Virus record (IMG/VR): IMGVR_UViG_3300029286_000009
Coordinates: 62,001 to 126,000 of that record
Length of the DNA stretch: 64,000 nucleotides
Strand: one strand, 5' to 3'
Shown: piece by piece, positions 22,408-31,775 of the stretch
How positions within the stretch are numbered: position 1 is the stretch's first letter
Layout: each line of letters starts with the position of its first letter
Made by a program: the position numbers and the translations under genes
The notes under the pieces: model-generated
Database searches by the model: none
Told to the model about the DNA's origin: nothing
What the model saw: only the letters and a program-made list of their open reading frames with translations

Positions 22408-23370
22408 GTGCGTATGGCGAAAAAATCAGAAATAGACAGTAGATCACCACTTAATAAAAAAATGGTAGATGATTTGTATGAGCCCTTTCCTGAGAATAAG
22501 ATAAAGGAACGTAAGGGACGAGCGGGGCAGACATGGAAGTATGTTGAAGCCGCTGAGATGATTAACCGGTTAAATCAGGTCTTTGGCATCAGGTGGAGTT
22601 CTGAAGAGGTGTCGAGTAGATTTGAACCTGCAGGAAAACCTTCACATATAGTAAAACGTGTAAGAATTACGGTACCGGATCCGGATGATGCATCAAGAAC
22701 ATGGTGGAGAGAAGGCAGTGCTTCTCACCCGTTGTTCGACAATCGTGGTAATGCGTATGATCCAGGAGATTGTCATAAGAGTGCTGAAAGCAAAGCATTT
22801 GTCAAGGCAGCATCAAAGTTAGGGGTTGCTTTGCATTTGTGGGGAGTGAGCGGCGAAGTAGATGATGGGGTGGATAGTTTTGTAACCCCATGGGGAGGTC
22901 CTAATGATTTTGCTGCTTCAGAAACACCGGTTTTAACACAGGGCCCACAAGTTACAGTTGTTAATCCGGGCCCACACAACAGTGTTCCCCCGCAGTTAGT
23001 TAATCCGGGTGCAATAAATAATTCTCCACCTTATAATTATAATCCTAACGTGGGCGGTGCTCCTCTACCACAAATGATCAACCCAAATGTCGGGATGACC
23101 CAGGGAGCGGGAACTGCTGCTGCGGCCCAAGTTACACTACAGACCCAGCCCGTTACTCTGCCCCAGTCTGGAAGCGTGCCTGTTCAGGAGTTTCAGGTGG
23201 GGTCTATAAAGGGTGTGGCAGCTAGTAGAGGTATGACTAACCCGCTACAGTTAGTGAGTCTAGCATTGGGTGATGAAGCTGCTACTATTCAAGCCGTTGA
23301 AATGTTGAGTTTTGACCAGGCACTGCGTGTCCTGGATTATATAAGGAATACACAGACCAATTCCTTCTAA
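22408..23370 (+). CDS. Rad52/Rad22-family single-strand annealing protein with P/N/Q-rich linker
   Basis: PFP...RKGRAGQ..KYVE...INRLNQVFG..WS, KSAESKAFVKAASKLGVALHLW. Confidence 0.8.
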   Translation: MRMAKKSEIDSRSPLNKKMVDDLYEPFPENKIKERKGRAGQTWKYVEAAEMINRLNQVFGIRWSSEEVSSRFEPAGKPSHIVKRVRITVPDPDDASRTWWREGSASHPLFDNRGNAYDPGDCHKSAESKAFVKAASKLGVALHLWGVSGEVDDGVDSFVTPWGGPNDFAASETPVLTQGPQVTVVNPGPHNSVPPQLVNPGAINNSPPYNYNPNVGGAPLPQMINPNVGMTQGAGTAAAAQVTLQTQPVTLPQSGSVPVQEFQVGSIKGVAASRGMTNPLQLVSLALGDEAATIQAVEMLSFDQALRVLDYIRNTQTNSF

Positions 23371-23380
23371 AGGAATCAGA

Positions 23381-25486
23381 ATGGATTACCGAACTATCAA
23401 ATTACCAGATTACGGAATTGACATAGAGATAGGGATAGTTCCTAATAGTGAACTAAGCAGATTTCTGTCCCGTGCTACAGTAAAAAGTGGAGCTATTAGT
23501 AAAGCGGACTGGGAAAAATTTTTACTCAGTTCGCTCATCAAAGAACAAGCAACTATTGAGAAGGTGTTGGCGGCGACAGATAACGAACGTGACCGAACAA
23601 TTTTTAAGCATTCTTTAACCGAATTAATATACAAATTCAACAATCGGCTTGACCCTAAACATATCGTTGTAGCAAACGATACACTGTTACATATTTCTGA
23701 CGCTCTTCGGGGCGGTGTACCTACCAGTATTATTCTTTTGAGTAACCCTGGTTGGTTTGGTTCTGTTGAGGTTAATACATTAGTTGACTCTAAACCTGCC
23801 CGTACTATTGCCGAAGTAGTATGGGAACGAGTAAAACAGGATGAGGATCGCAATTATGTTAAAGAATATGTCCAATTGGTAGATATTGAGGTACCTATTC
23901 TTGAAATTTCCTCTTCCGATATATCGGCTGAAGCTGTAGTTGAGGATTTTGTTGAGCGAAGATGTAATGGAGATATAGCTGGTGCTAGGGCTAGTAGTAG
24001 AATGTGGGCAGCCCATGTGATTACTCTCGTAATACCTGATGCGGATAGTTTTGTTTACGCACTAATTCAGGGTGGTTACATGAACTTATACACAGAAAAT
24101 TTGTTGACAACACAGTTATACTTAGCCACTCTGCGAGTAAATCCAGATTTAGACTGGAATCTGATTGATTGGAGTCATTATGAGGATGGAGTTGTTACTG
24201 AATCGGATGAGTCTTGTGATAAGTGCAAAGGGCAGGATCCAAGGTTACTATCAATAGTAAAGCAAGTAAAAAATCGCGGAAGGGCTAGTCAGTCCTCGCG
24301 AGTAAGTCAAAGTCCCACAAAAAAATTCTCTGAGTTACCCCCAAAAGTTATCCTTGGCATGAAGGAGAAGGTTAAACAGAGAATTGTTGGGCAAGATAAG
24401 GCAGTAGATGCTTTAGTAGATGCTCTTACAGTAGCACGTGTGGGGCTCAGGGGGGACAAAAGACCAGTGGGAAGTTTTCTGCTGGCAGGGACAACTGGTG
24501 TGGGGAAGACAGAACTAGCAAAAGTTATTGCTGATGAGTTAGGTGTTCCTTTACATCGTATAGATTGTTCTGAGTTTCAGCAAGCTCACGAAACGTCTAA
24601 ATTAATTGGTGCCCCGCCGGGGTATGTGGGATTTGAGGATATCAACTCAAAGCAAGGGCATGGGTCTACACCACCAACCACGCTTATGGCTAAGGTAAAA
24701 AAGAAGCCTTTTAGTGTGGTGTTGTTCGATGAGATAGAAAAGGCACACGATGCGATCTTTCATATACTGTTACAAATAATGGATGAGGGGCACGCCACGA
24801 GTGGTAGAGGAGAAACGATCTCTTTTAATCAAGCAATTATACTATTGACTTCTAACATAGGAAGTCATGAAGCAGCAAGAGAAGGAGAGCAGCAAACAAT
24901 CGGTTTTGGCGGGGCTGAGGTAGACAAAGCTTCGCAACGTTTTAAAACTATAAATAAAGCGATTAAGGACAGATTTAGTCCTGAATTTCTGAACAGATTA
25001 TCTGAGGTTATTCAATTTGATGAGCTATCCCCCGAGGTGTGCTGTGGAATTGTAGACATACTACTTAACAAGACTAAGACGAACTTAACAAAAGCACAGA
25101 ACATGGATATGGACTGGGGAGAAGATGTAAAGAAATTTATTGTGGATATTGGGTTTAGTAACGAGTATGGTGCTAGAAGCTTAGAACGCATTATACAGAA
25201 AAATGTAGAGTTACCCTTGGCAGTTTATCTACTTGAGCATAAATATTTGGAAAATAAAGTAGAAGAGCCCACTGAAGATACAGCAAAAAAATTGAACTTT
25301 TTGCCCGCTCAGACCTCTGGGCAAGTCACGATAAGTCTGACGGTAAAAAAAGATGCGATTACATTTACTGAGGCTATAAAAAATGAGAAAAGTAATAATG
25401 ACACCAAAAGACTTTCTAGTGCAAGTAATCCCAATGCCAGAAGGACAACCAGACAAAGTCCTGGTAAAACACCGCGGAACCGATAA
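23381..25486 (+). CDS. Clp/Hsp100 AAA+ ATPase (single D2-type module) with unrecognised N-terminal region
   Basis: IVGQDKAV, GTTGVGKTE, pore loop GYVG, FDEIEKAH, IGF loop, PEFLNR, YGARSL. Confidence 0.9.
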   Translation: MDYRTIKLPDYGIDIEIGIVPNSELSRFLSRATVKSGAISKADWEKFLLSSLIKEQATIEKVLAATDNERDRTIFKHSLTELIYKFNNRLDPKHIVVANDTLLHISDALRGGVPTSIILLSNPGWFGSVEVNTLVDSKPARTIAEVVWERVKQDEDRNYVKEYVQLVDIEVPILEISSSDISAEAVVEDFVERRCNGDIAGARASSRMWAAHVITLVIPDADSFVYALIQGGYMNLYTENLLTTQLYLATLRVNPDLDWNLIDWSHYEDGVVTESDESCDKCKGQDPRLLSIVKQVKNRGRASQSSRVSQSPTKKFSELPPKVILGMKEKVKQRIVGQDKAVDALVDALTVARVGLRGDKRPVGSFLLAGTTGVGKTELAKVIADELGVPLHRIDCSEFQQAHETSKLIGAPPGYVGFEDINSKQGHGSTPPTTLMAKVKKKPFSVVLFDEIEKAHDAIFHILLQIMDEGHATSGRGETISFNQAIILLTSNIGSHEAAREGEQQTIGFGGAEVDKASQRFKTINKAIKDRFSPEFLNRLSEVIQFDELSPEVCCGIVDILLNKTKTNLTKAQNMDMDWGEDVKKFIVDIGFSNEYGARSLERIIQKNVELPLAVYLLEHKYLENKVEEPTEDTAKKLNFLPAQTSGQVTISLTVKKDAITFTEAIKNEKSNNDTKRLSSASNPNARRTTRQSPGKTPRNR

Positions 25487-25607
25487 GTCGGAACAGGGAG
25501 AAAATCTTAATAGTGTAATGCACAAACTGATAGAGGGGCTTTCGGCTCATTATGGATGGAAGATTATTTATAAAGATAATATTCCTCAGGATTTTGTAGA
25601 TGGGTAA
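25383..25607 (+). CDS. hypothetical protein
   Basis: Short overlapping ORF linking to the next gene. Confidence 0.4.
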   Translation: MRKVIMTPKDFLVQVIPMPEGQPDKVLVKHRGTDKSEQGENLNSVMHKLIEGLSAHYGWKIIYKDNIPQDFVDG

Positions 25608-26127
25608 GAGGTGGCGGGAGCGAGAATTGGGACATCTACGTATGGTATTAGAACGCAAGCAAGGTCGCTCTGTGTATGAGATGTCCCAGATTGCACAAGA
25701 GGAAATTAAGAGCAGGTCATTAGACTCCATTATGCATAAACTTCGCGAAATGATAACTGAAAGAGAGTTTAATGCAGATACTATAGAACTAGCCGGGGAG
25801 ATATTCCCGGCTAAATCTGTTTCTGGGTATATAGTTATTACGTTACCAGATGGAACGAAAAGACCCGCTCACCACTGGGTGTGGGAACAACATTATGGTA
25901 AAATTCAGCCAGGCTATCATCTTCATCACATTGACGGGGATACAAAAAATAACAACCTCAATAATCTTGCCATAATGTCTTCCTCCGACCACATCTTACT
26001 GCATTATAAAAAACAACCACCAGAAACTATGGCTCTATTTTATTTTTTACAAGAACATAGTTTGTGGGATGAATATCTTCAATATCGAGAGAAACTATTA
26101 GAAAATTTTGGTACAAAAAATCCTTAA
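25600..26127 (+). CDS. HNH endonuclease
   Basis: HHWVWEQHYG...HHIDGDTKNNNLNNL...H. Confidence 0.8.
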   Translation: MGKRWRERELGHLRMVLERKQGRSVYEMSQIAQEEIKSRSLDSIMHKLREMITEREFNADTIELAGEIFPAKSVSGYIVITLPDGTKRPAHHWVWEQHYGKIQPGYHLHHIDGDTKNNNLNNLAIMSSSDHILLHYKKQPPETMALFYFLQEHSLWDEYLQYREKLLENFGTKNP

Positions 26128-26138
26128 ATATAGGTGGT

Positions 26139-26164
26139 AAGGGGAGCTGGATAGCTCCCCTTTT
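26139..26164. terminator. intrinsic terminator at the junction of the convergent gene blocks
   Basis: AAGGGGAGCT-GGAT-AGCTCCCCTT hairpin followed by a T run. Confidence 0.75.
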
Positions 26165-26338
26165 ATAAGTGTTATATACTAAACCACTTTATTATCTTAT
26201 CCCACCCGCTATCGTCTGTTACACAAACTACATTAGGAGCAACAAGTTCTGGGCTTTCTTCCTGAATAAACTCCCTATACCAATCGAAGCTAAATGTAGA
26301 CCAGATAACAAACAGGGTGTGGGGTAGTTAACCCTTTC

Positions 26339-26776
26339 TTACCCGTCGTAAACACTCCAACAGTGAAGGTTGGGTTTTGGTTTCTTTTTTCCTACCTTTT
26401 CTGCCATCAAAACCATGGCTGAATAGTGGTCAGGAGTAATGTCTGTAAGCACTACGTGGTTATCTATTATGTCGCAAGCTAGACTACCAGCAAAATCTAG
26501 ATATTCATCCCCTTCCCCAAGAACTAAGTTAATACCGGCAGGAAGCAAATCATTTATTAAATATTCCCAGTCATCCATTTCTCTTATGGCGTCGCACACG
26601 TCGGCAGGACGTTCCTCTTCCCAGTACGCATCCAACTCCGTATCAATTGCTTCTTTATTCTGATCATACAAAAGGTTAATTAGTTTATCTAGCCCGCCCC
26701 CAGGTAACATAATACCATATACTATATTGCATGTGGAGCTAGAGTTAGTTACGAAAATATTGCGTGTAAATGTCAT
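26339..26776 (-). CDS. TNSSS-motif family protein 1
   Basis: MTFTRNIFVTNSSSTCNIVYG. Confidence 0.8.
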   Translation of the reverse strand: MTFTRNIFVTNSSSTCNIVYGIMLPGGGLDKLINLLYDQNKEAIDTELDAYWEEERPADVCDAIREMDDWEYLINDLLPAGINLVLGEGDEYLDFAGSLACDIIDNHVVLTDITPDHYSAMVLMAEKVGKKKPKPNLHCWSVYDG

Positions 26777-27087
26777 CCGTTATACCAGCTCTCCTCTATG
26801 TAGTAAATTACCTGCCCTAAATTATGTTCATCTATCCATGCCTGCAAATCTTGAAATTTCTTTTGCAGACAATCTGCGGGCGGAAAAGCAAAGAGTCCAT
26901 CCTTTTGCAGGTGTATTGGTGGGAATCCGATATGTACATAGACAGTGTCCCATCTTCCCCACGTTGCGTACAACCCCTTAGGGAGCGTGTCTTCCAGTTC
27001 ATTAAATCTATTCTCATCGATTTCAATACCGTAAGCAATTACTGATGTACTGCTTGAGTTTGTTATAAATTTAATGCGTTTATACAT
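26773..27087 (-). CDS. TNSSS-motif family protein 2
   Basis: MYKRIKFITNSSSTSVIAYG. Confidence 0.8.
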   Translation of the reverse strand: MYKRIKFITNSSSTSVIAYGIEIDENRFNELEDTLPKGLYATWGRWDTVYVHIGFPPIHLQKDGLFAFPPADCLQKKFQDLQAWIDEHNLGQVIYYIEESWYNG

Positions 27088-27092
27088 TATTG

Positions 27093-27437
27093 TCAGCCCG
27101 TAGAACAGCTAAAGATCCAGGTGGGCTTTGCTTTTGGTTTGAGATTATACTCTAATAAAACATTTAGGAGAGCAACTTCGTATTTAGCTTTCTCGTAGAC
27201 ATCATCCTCGATAAAAAAGCAGAAGTCTTCATCTGAAAAGTGTTCAATCTTATATATAAGTGCCTTCCCTTTTTTCCCATTTTCGAATGAAACACCATGA
27301 TCCCAAGACCGAGTGTTGAATAGGTTTTCTTGTTGTTCATCACTTAAATGAACTAAATCTTCACTAGTAATTCTGTAGCCCCACCCAATAAATGAGCTAG
27401 AGCTAGAGTTGGTTATGAATTTGTTTCGTCTGTACGT
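27093..27437 (-). CDS. TNSSS-motif family protein 3 (no canonical start; probable ACG start)
   Basis: Manual translation (ACG)YRRNKFITNSSSSSFIGWGY...KPTWIFSCSTG*; AGGAG 6 nt upstream of the ACG; missed by the ORF track. Confidence 0.75.
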   Translation of the reverse strand, partial: TYRRNKFITNSSSSSFIGWGYRITSEDLVHLSDEQQENLFNTRSWDHGVSFENGKKGKALIYKIEHFSDEDFCFFIEDDVYEKAKYEVALLNVLLEYNLKPKAKPTWIFSCSTG

Positions 27438-27446
27438 AACTTTCTC

Positions 27447-27740
27447 CTATTTCTCCAGAAAATCAATAATATCCTGTAATCCGAAGTGGTGGGGGAATAG
27501 ACTAAGCAATTTGTCAATTCGAACCATTCCCCGTTGGTTACATATAACACAAGCAACTTGTAGGTAATAAGGTTCTCCCTTGTAAAATCTCTGGGGCATA
27601 CACCCACGCATAGGACCCCATGTTGGAACCATAAAGGGGACTGTCCCCTTTCCTTCGCACACCGGACAAGTTATTTTTTGCCAGGTCTTAAATCCTGCTT
27701 GTTCTACAGCTTGAATTTCCCAATCTTCTAGATACTCCAT
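27447..27740 (-). CDS. DnaJ-like zinc-finger small protein
   Basis: CPVCEGKG...CVICNQRG. Confidence 0.6.
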   Translation of the reverse strand: MEYLEDWEIQAVEQAGFKTWQKITCPVCEGKGTVPFMVPTWGPMRGCMPQRFYKGEPYYLQVACVICNQRGMVRIDKLLSLFPHHFGLQDIIDFLEK

Positions 27741-28097
27741 TTAATTCGCCCACTCATCACCCACTACATCAAGTTTGACATACTGGGGACTCACTTTCCA
27801 TTTCCCGTTTACTGGGCTGTTAACAACTATATTTACGGTTTTTCGGTTGATCTTCTCAATTACGCCCGTAAATTTTATCCCTTTATAAGGTGTTTTTGTT
27901 CCGATCCAATACACCTTTTGCCCAGGGAAGAACTTCAATGCTTCCTTAGCTTCGAGAATATCCCACTGTTGTTTTATTAATTCCCATGCTTCTTTACATT
28001 CTGCTACGGTTTTAAGTTTTTGTACACACTCTCTCAATTCTTTTGATAGCAATTTTTCTCCTTTACAGTTACATAATATGCAGCATCTGTTCGTCAC
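27741..28097 (-). CDS. hypothetical protein (SH3/KOW-like C-terminus)
   Basis: PGQKV...GVIEKINRKTV...WKVSP. Confidence 0.5.
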   Translation of the reverse strand: MTNRCCILCNCKGEKLLSKELRECVQKLKTVAECKEAWELIKQQWDILEAKEALKFFPGQKVYWIGTKTPYKGIKFTGVIEKINRKTVNIVVNSPVNGKWKVSPQYVKLDVVGDEWAN

Positions 28098-28100
28098 TCA

Positions 28101-28550
28101 CTACACCCCGTCACTCACTACGTCAATATGGTCGTTGATTCCTAGTTCAGTGAGCAACTTTTTTAGATTGTGAAACCCTTTCTTTAATTCTTCTGGGTCT
28201 TCCAAGACCACAATACCATCAGCTGTTAAGTAAAAACCAGGATAACCTATGCACATATAGAATAAATCGTAAGGTGGGCATTCAAGATAAACTCCCTCAG
28301 GCAAACAGGTCCCCAGTGCACCAAGAATCCCACTAAGCTCCCGCAGGATATAGCTCTCGGGGTCTTTCAAAAAGTTTTCCTTATTTGCTCTCCCGTAGTT
28401 TCTGTTGTATCTATCTAGTAGTTCTTCAGCGGGGCAAGATTTAACCAAATGTTTAAAAATAGACTCTGCTCGATCTCGGTGTAGTGAAACCCCAACAGCA
28501 ATAAACGATGTTGAACTTGAATTTGTTATGAATGTGTGGCAGTAGAACAT
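28101..28550 (-). CDS. TNSSS-motif family protein 4
   Basis: MFYCHTFITNSSSTSFIAVG. Confidence 0.8.
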   Translation of the reverse strand: MFYCHTFITNSSSTSFIAVGVSLHRDRAESIFKHLVKSCPAEELLDRYNRNYGRANKENFLKDPESYILRELSGILGALGTCLPEGVYLECPPYDLFYMCIGYPGFYLTADGIVVLEDPEELKKGFHNLKKLLTELGINDHIDVVSDGV

Positions 28551-29062
28551 TATAATCCATACCCCTCAACCCACCATTTCGCAGAGCCTTTTGGTAGTTC
28601 AAACATATCACAGAATTCATCTATATATTTTTGTACCTCTTCTGGACTCATTTCGTAAGGGTCAAATCCTTCTGGTTCCCAATCACACGATCTACACAGG
28701 ACATAGAAGATCATGTAATAATCATCCGGATCATGCCGATCTAAGTCGCAAGTAGTAATTTTAACAGGTGTTTTAACATATGTCCTTTCTATACCGTTAT
28801 CATTCCATCCAATTCTACTCTCAGGATGTTTCTTTTCGTACTCTTTTTGGTATAGCCACATAATAAACTCTCTAAGGTCATTCAAATCGTTGAGTTGCTC
28901 TTTTGCCCAGCTATGACTGGCTTTGTAGGTATCCTTGTGTTGTTCGTAGAGTAGACGTATTCGGTCGTAAATTCCATCCAACTCTGGTTGGCGGTATAGA
29001 TTACCAAAACATACAAAAGCAGTTGTTGAACTATTAGTGATGTATTTAGAACGAATAAACAT
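28550..29062 (-). CDS. TNSSS-motif family protein 5
   Basis: MFIRSKYITNSSTTAFVCFG. Confidence 0.8.
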   Translation of the reverse strand: MFIRSKYITNSSTTAFVCFGNLYRQPELDGIYDRIRLLYEQHKDTYKASHSWAKEQLNDLNDLREFIMWLYQKEYEKKHPESRIGWNDNGIERTYVKTPVKITTCDLDRHDPDDYYMIFYVLCRSCDWEPEGFDPYEMSPEEVQKYIDEFCDMFELPKGSAKWWVEGYGL

Positions 29063-29289
29063 CAGTCTATCTTTTTAACCTCGAATGCCCAATCCTGATT
29101 CCACGCATCATCTTTAGCAGTTTCCATATCTTTGTTACCGATGAACTCGGCATAGTCGGGGTATGCTGCAACAAAAGCATGCTTCCAGTGTGCTGAACCT
29201 ATTTCAACAATTTTAATTTGAAGGTCGTTGTCAAAAAAGTTAATAAATGCAACAGCAAATTTGTTCATGATTCTCTCCAAGTAAACCAA
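29062..29289 (-). CDS. hypothetical protein
   Basis: Coupled small ORF. Confidence 0.5.
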   Translation of the reverse strand: MVYLERIMNKFAVAFINFFDNDLQIKIVEIGSAHWKHAFVAAYPDYAEFIGNKDMETAKDDAWNQDWAFEVKKID

Positions 29290-29645
29290 CTTGGTTTTTG
29301 TGGTGCAATTCCAAGTTTTTTACACGCTGCTTCTATAATGTCGTCCCACCCAGGCATTACTGTTGGGATTACATATGAATTATACCCGTAGGGGATTATA
29401 AATTGAGAGTGTTTAATATACATAATAGCAGTCTCCTCATCCCCAGAAAGGTATACAGGACACTTATCCCATGACAAGTTGCTTTTATCGTGATAAAAGT
29501 CTTCCCAATACAACGTGTCCCCGAATTCATCTACTAGGGGTTCGCTGTTCTCGTCCAGAGGGGAGACAGAGGGTAATTGTATTCCATAGGCAATAAGAGA
29601 TGTTGAAGAACTATTGGTAATAAATTTTGCACGATGGTAGGTCAT
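29265..29645 (-). CDS. TNSSS-motif family protein 6
   Basis: MTYHRAKFITNSSSTSLIAYG; ATGA overlap with the upstream gene. Confidence 0.8.
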   Translation of the reverse strand: MTYHRAKFITNSSSTSLIAYGIQLPSVSPLDENSEPLVDEFGDTLYWEDFYHDKSNLSWDKCPVYLSGDEETAIMYIKHSQFIIPYGYNSYVIPTVMPGWDDIIEAACKKLGIAPQKPSWFTWRES

Positions 29646-30001
29646 GAAGGCCCCCTTGTAAAGAACCACCCAGGGGATAGTCCGTCTAGGTTAATATTTA
29701 GTTCCTTAGCAAACTTGCGTAGAGCAATTTTTGATTCAGGCGTAACTCTATAAGAAATGCTATCCAGATGTAATGTGTAATTGCCACAGTTTTCAGTGTT
29801 TTCATAGCTGCGATCAACGTATAGAAGAATATTACCAGTATGGTCAGGGGTACCCCTGACGCCACTGTTGCCCTCATATAACAAATCGTAGAGGTCATCA
29901 GTTTTCTCTTTGACGAAAGGGGGCATATTAGGTACAATATAGCCCCACGCTATGAACGAAGTTGAACTTGAGTTCGTTACGTATGCTTTCCTTGTAAACA
30001 C
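29642..30001 (-). CDS. TNSSS-motif family protein 7
   Basis: GTG start with GGAG RBS; (M)FTRKAYVTNSSSTSFIAWG. Confidence 0.8.
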   Translation of the reverse strand: MFTRKAYVTNSSSTSFIAWGYIVPNMPPFVKEKTDDLYDLLYEGNSGVRGTPDHTGNILLYVDRSYENTENCGNYTLHLDSISYRVTPESKIALRKFAKELNINLDGLSPGWFFTRGPS

Positions 30002-30002
30002 T

Positions 30003-30422
30003 CTAACGCTCCACATTAATAGCAATAGACCACTCGGGACACACATAATGCGGTATGTCATTCGCATCACAAAATCTTCTCAGTTGTTTAGCCATACCTA
30101 GTTCTTGTTCTCTTGTATAACCCATCAATTCCCGCAACTTTGACATAGGAAGAGGCATTACTCCGCCCTCCCACAAGCTTAGATATGAGTCTTGGTGGTA
30201 TATGATGGTGCGTTCGGAATCCCACATAGGATGTACAGCTATGGCGGGGTAACTTTTGTGGGCTATTTCTCCCAGCTTTTCTCCAGCTTTGTAGCTTAAC
30301 TCAGTTTCAAACCCGTAGAAAATAAAACTGGTGGAAGAAGAGTTAGTTATGAATGCCCGTCTAATAAAGTATTTATTAGCACTGGAATGAGTAGTGCCCA
30401 GAGTCTTCGTTACCGTATTCAA
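30003..30422 (-). CDS. TNSSS-motif family protein 8 (N-terminally extended)
   Basis: TTG start preceded by AAGGAGG; ...KYFIRRAFITNSSSTSFIFYG. Confidence 0.75.
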   Translation of the reverse strand: MNTVTKTLGTTHSSANKYFIRRAFITNSSSTSFIFYGFETELSYKAGEKLGEIAHKSYPAIAVHPMWDSERTIIYHQDSYLSLWEGGVMPLPMSKLRELMGYTREQELGMAKQLRRFCDANDIPHYVCPEWSIAINVER

Positions 30423-30732
30423 ATTCGTCCTCCTTAAAATGTCCTAGGTATTCTATACAATAGAAAACCGCGTATCCTTTAAGTAATTTATCTGTTATGA
30501 CTGCCATTGCTTTGTTGTCCAGATACCTGTCAAGGGGGTCAGTTTCAACCACTAGTGGCATCTCGCAATGGGGGCAACGAAAACCTTCGCCACCTTTGTA
30601 CTGAGTCATCTCGTCCTCGTCAGGATATCTGCTAGGGTCTCTCTCCCACACAATCATACAGGATGAAGATGAATTTGTGACATACTTAGGTCGGTAGTAT
30701 ATTATGTATTTAAGTTGCATGCAATTCTCCAT
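30376..30732 (-). CDS. TNSSS-motif family protein 9 (with CPHC)
   Basis: YYRPKYVTNSSSSCMIVW. Confidence 0.75.
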   Translation of the reverse strand: MENCMQLKYIIYYRPKYVTNSSSSCMIVWERDPSRYPDEDEMTQYKGGEGFRCPHCEMPLVVETDPLDRYLDNKAMAVITDKLLKGYAVFYCIEYLGHFKEDEFEYGNEDSGHYSFQC

Positions 30733-31133
30733 CCTGGATCGGGGTTGTCAAAACGGTCGGGAGTTATACCATATTTGTGGCAGAATTCTATTATTTGAAG
30801 AGCCCACAGTCTTTTCGTAGAACTACATTTTCTCATATGCGTAAGCGGAAGTGCCTGTATACCACTTGTTGGTAAATAGTATCTTGATGCAGCAGCATAA
30901 ACAGCCCCTTCGATGTAGCCACCCTCCATCAGCATTACACTTATTGGTCCTTTTATATTTTCAGACCAATCAAATACAGCATTGTACACTTGCTGCTCAT
31001 CCATTAGCCCGATTTTTTCAGGTAGAATAATAGCTTGAGACATGGTGGCAAAGGAGTCATCAGAGAAGGTTATTCCAAAGAAGAGAAAGCTAGTTGATGA
31101 CGAATTCGTTATAAACGATCTTCTAACAAACAT
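30702..31133 (-). CDS. TNSSS-motif family protein 10
   Basis: MFVRRSFITNSSSTSFLFFG. Confidence 0.8.
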   Translation of the reverse strand: MFVRRSFITNSSSTSFLFFGITFSDDSFATMSQAIILPEKIGLMDEQQVYNAVFDWSENIKGPISVMLMEGGYIEGAVYAAASRYYLPTSGIQALPLTHMRKCSSTKRLWALQIIEFCHKYGITPDRFDNPDPGWRIACNLNT

Positions 31134-31245
31134 GCTGTTGTTGTCCTTTTTCTAGTCACTTACCTGTATAGAAATGCTTTGAGTGCGTAGTTGCCTATTA
31201 CGCTGGCTTAAAGCACTCATTTTAAACTCCTTTATCGCACCTTAG

Positions 31246-31476
31246 TTAATCGTTCCACGCGATTTCTTCGTCAGCTTTTCTCTTTTCGTATGAGTCAATT
31301 GTTTTACACAATTTGAAAGCAGCTGATTTTAGCTCGGACAGGTCCGCTTCGTTCACATCCACCCATTGATTCTCAAGGTAGGAGGACGCATCCTTTATGG
31401 CACCAGCTACATCTGAGAGCAAAAACGCAGTGGAACTCGAGTTGGTTACATACTTCGTTCGGATATACCGGTTCAT
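31246..31476 (-). CDS. TNSSS-motif family protein 11 (helical body)
   Basis: MNRYIRTKYVTNSSSTAFLL followed by a helical-looking body. Confidence 0.75.
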   Translation of the reverse strand: MNRYIRTKYVTNSSSTAFLLSDVAGAIKDASSYLENQWVDVNEADLSELKSAAFKLCKTIDSYEKRKADEEIAWND

Positions 31477-31484
31477 ACAAATTC

Positions 31485-31775
31485 CTACGGCCACAGAGGT
31501 TCAACACCATTTTTTGCAGCTATATCCAGTAACGTTTGACATGCATTTGCGTAGTGGGCGTGGCTTTCTTGTAACTGCTTGAGAGTTCTGAGTTTGTTTG
31601 GAAGACTGATACCACTACCAATTGAGAGGCGCACATTGAGGGTTAAAGGTTTATTTTCATACGCAGTTAACAGCCCGTCTATTAAACAGCTAAGAGTTTC
31701 TTTAGACACTTCCATTTCTTTTCCTTTGGCTTCCCAAGACTTAGAAGAACCACAGTGGGGGCATATTAATTTCAT
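31485..31775 (-). CDS. hypothetical protein with N-terminal CPHC
   Basis: ORF in operon. Confidence 0.5.
   Translation of the reverse strand: MKLICPHCGSSKSWEAKGKEMEVSKETLSCLIDGLLTAYENKPLTLNVRLSIGSGISLPNKLRTLKQLQESHAHYANACQTLLDIAAKNGVEPLWP

Noticed and set aside
26165-26335. Short open minus-strand frame (LPHTLFVIWSTF...KWFSI) before the terminator
   Set aside because: No credible start codon or recognisable motif; possibly a gene remnant.
30376-30732. Possible ATA start for TNSSS member 9 at the family Met-1 position
   Set aside because: A canonical ATG with GGAG RBS lies a few codons upstream (about 30720), so no unusual start is needed.
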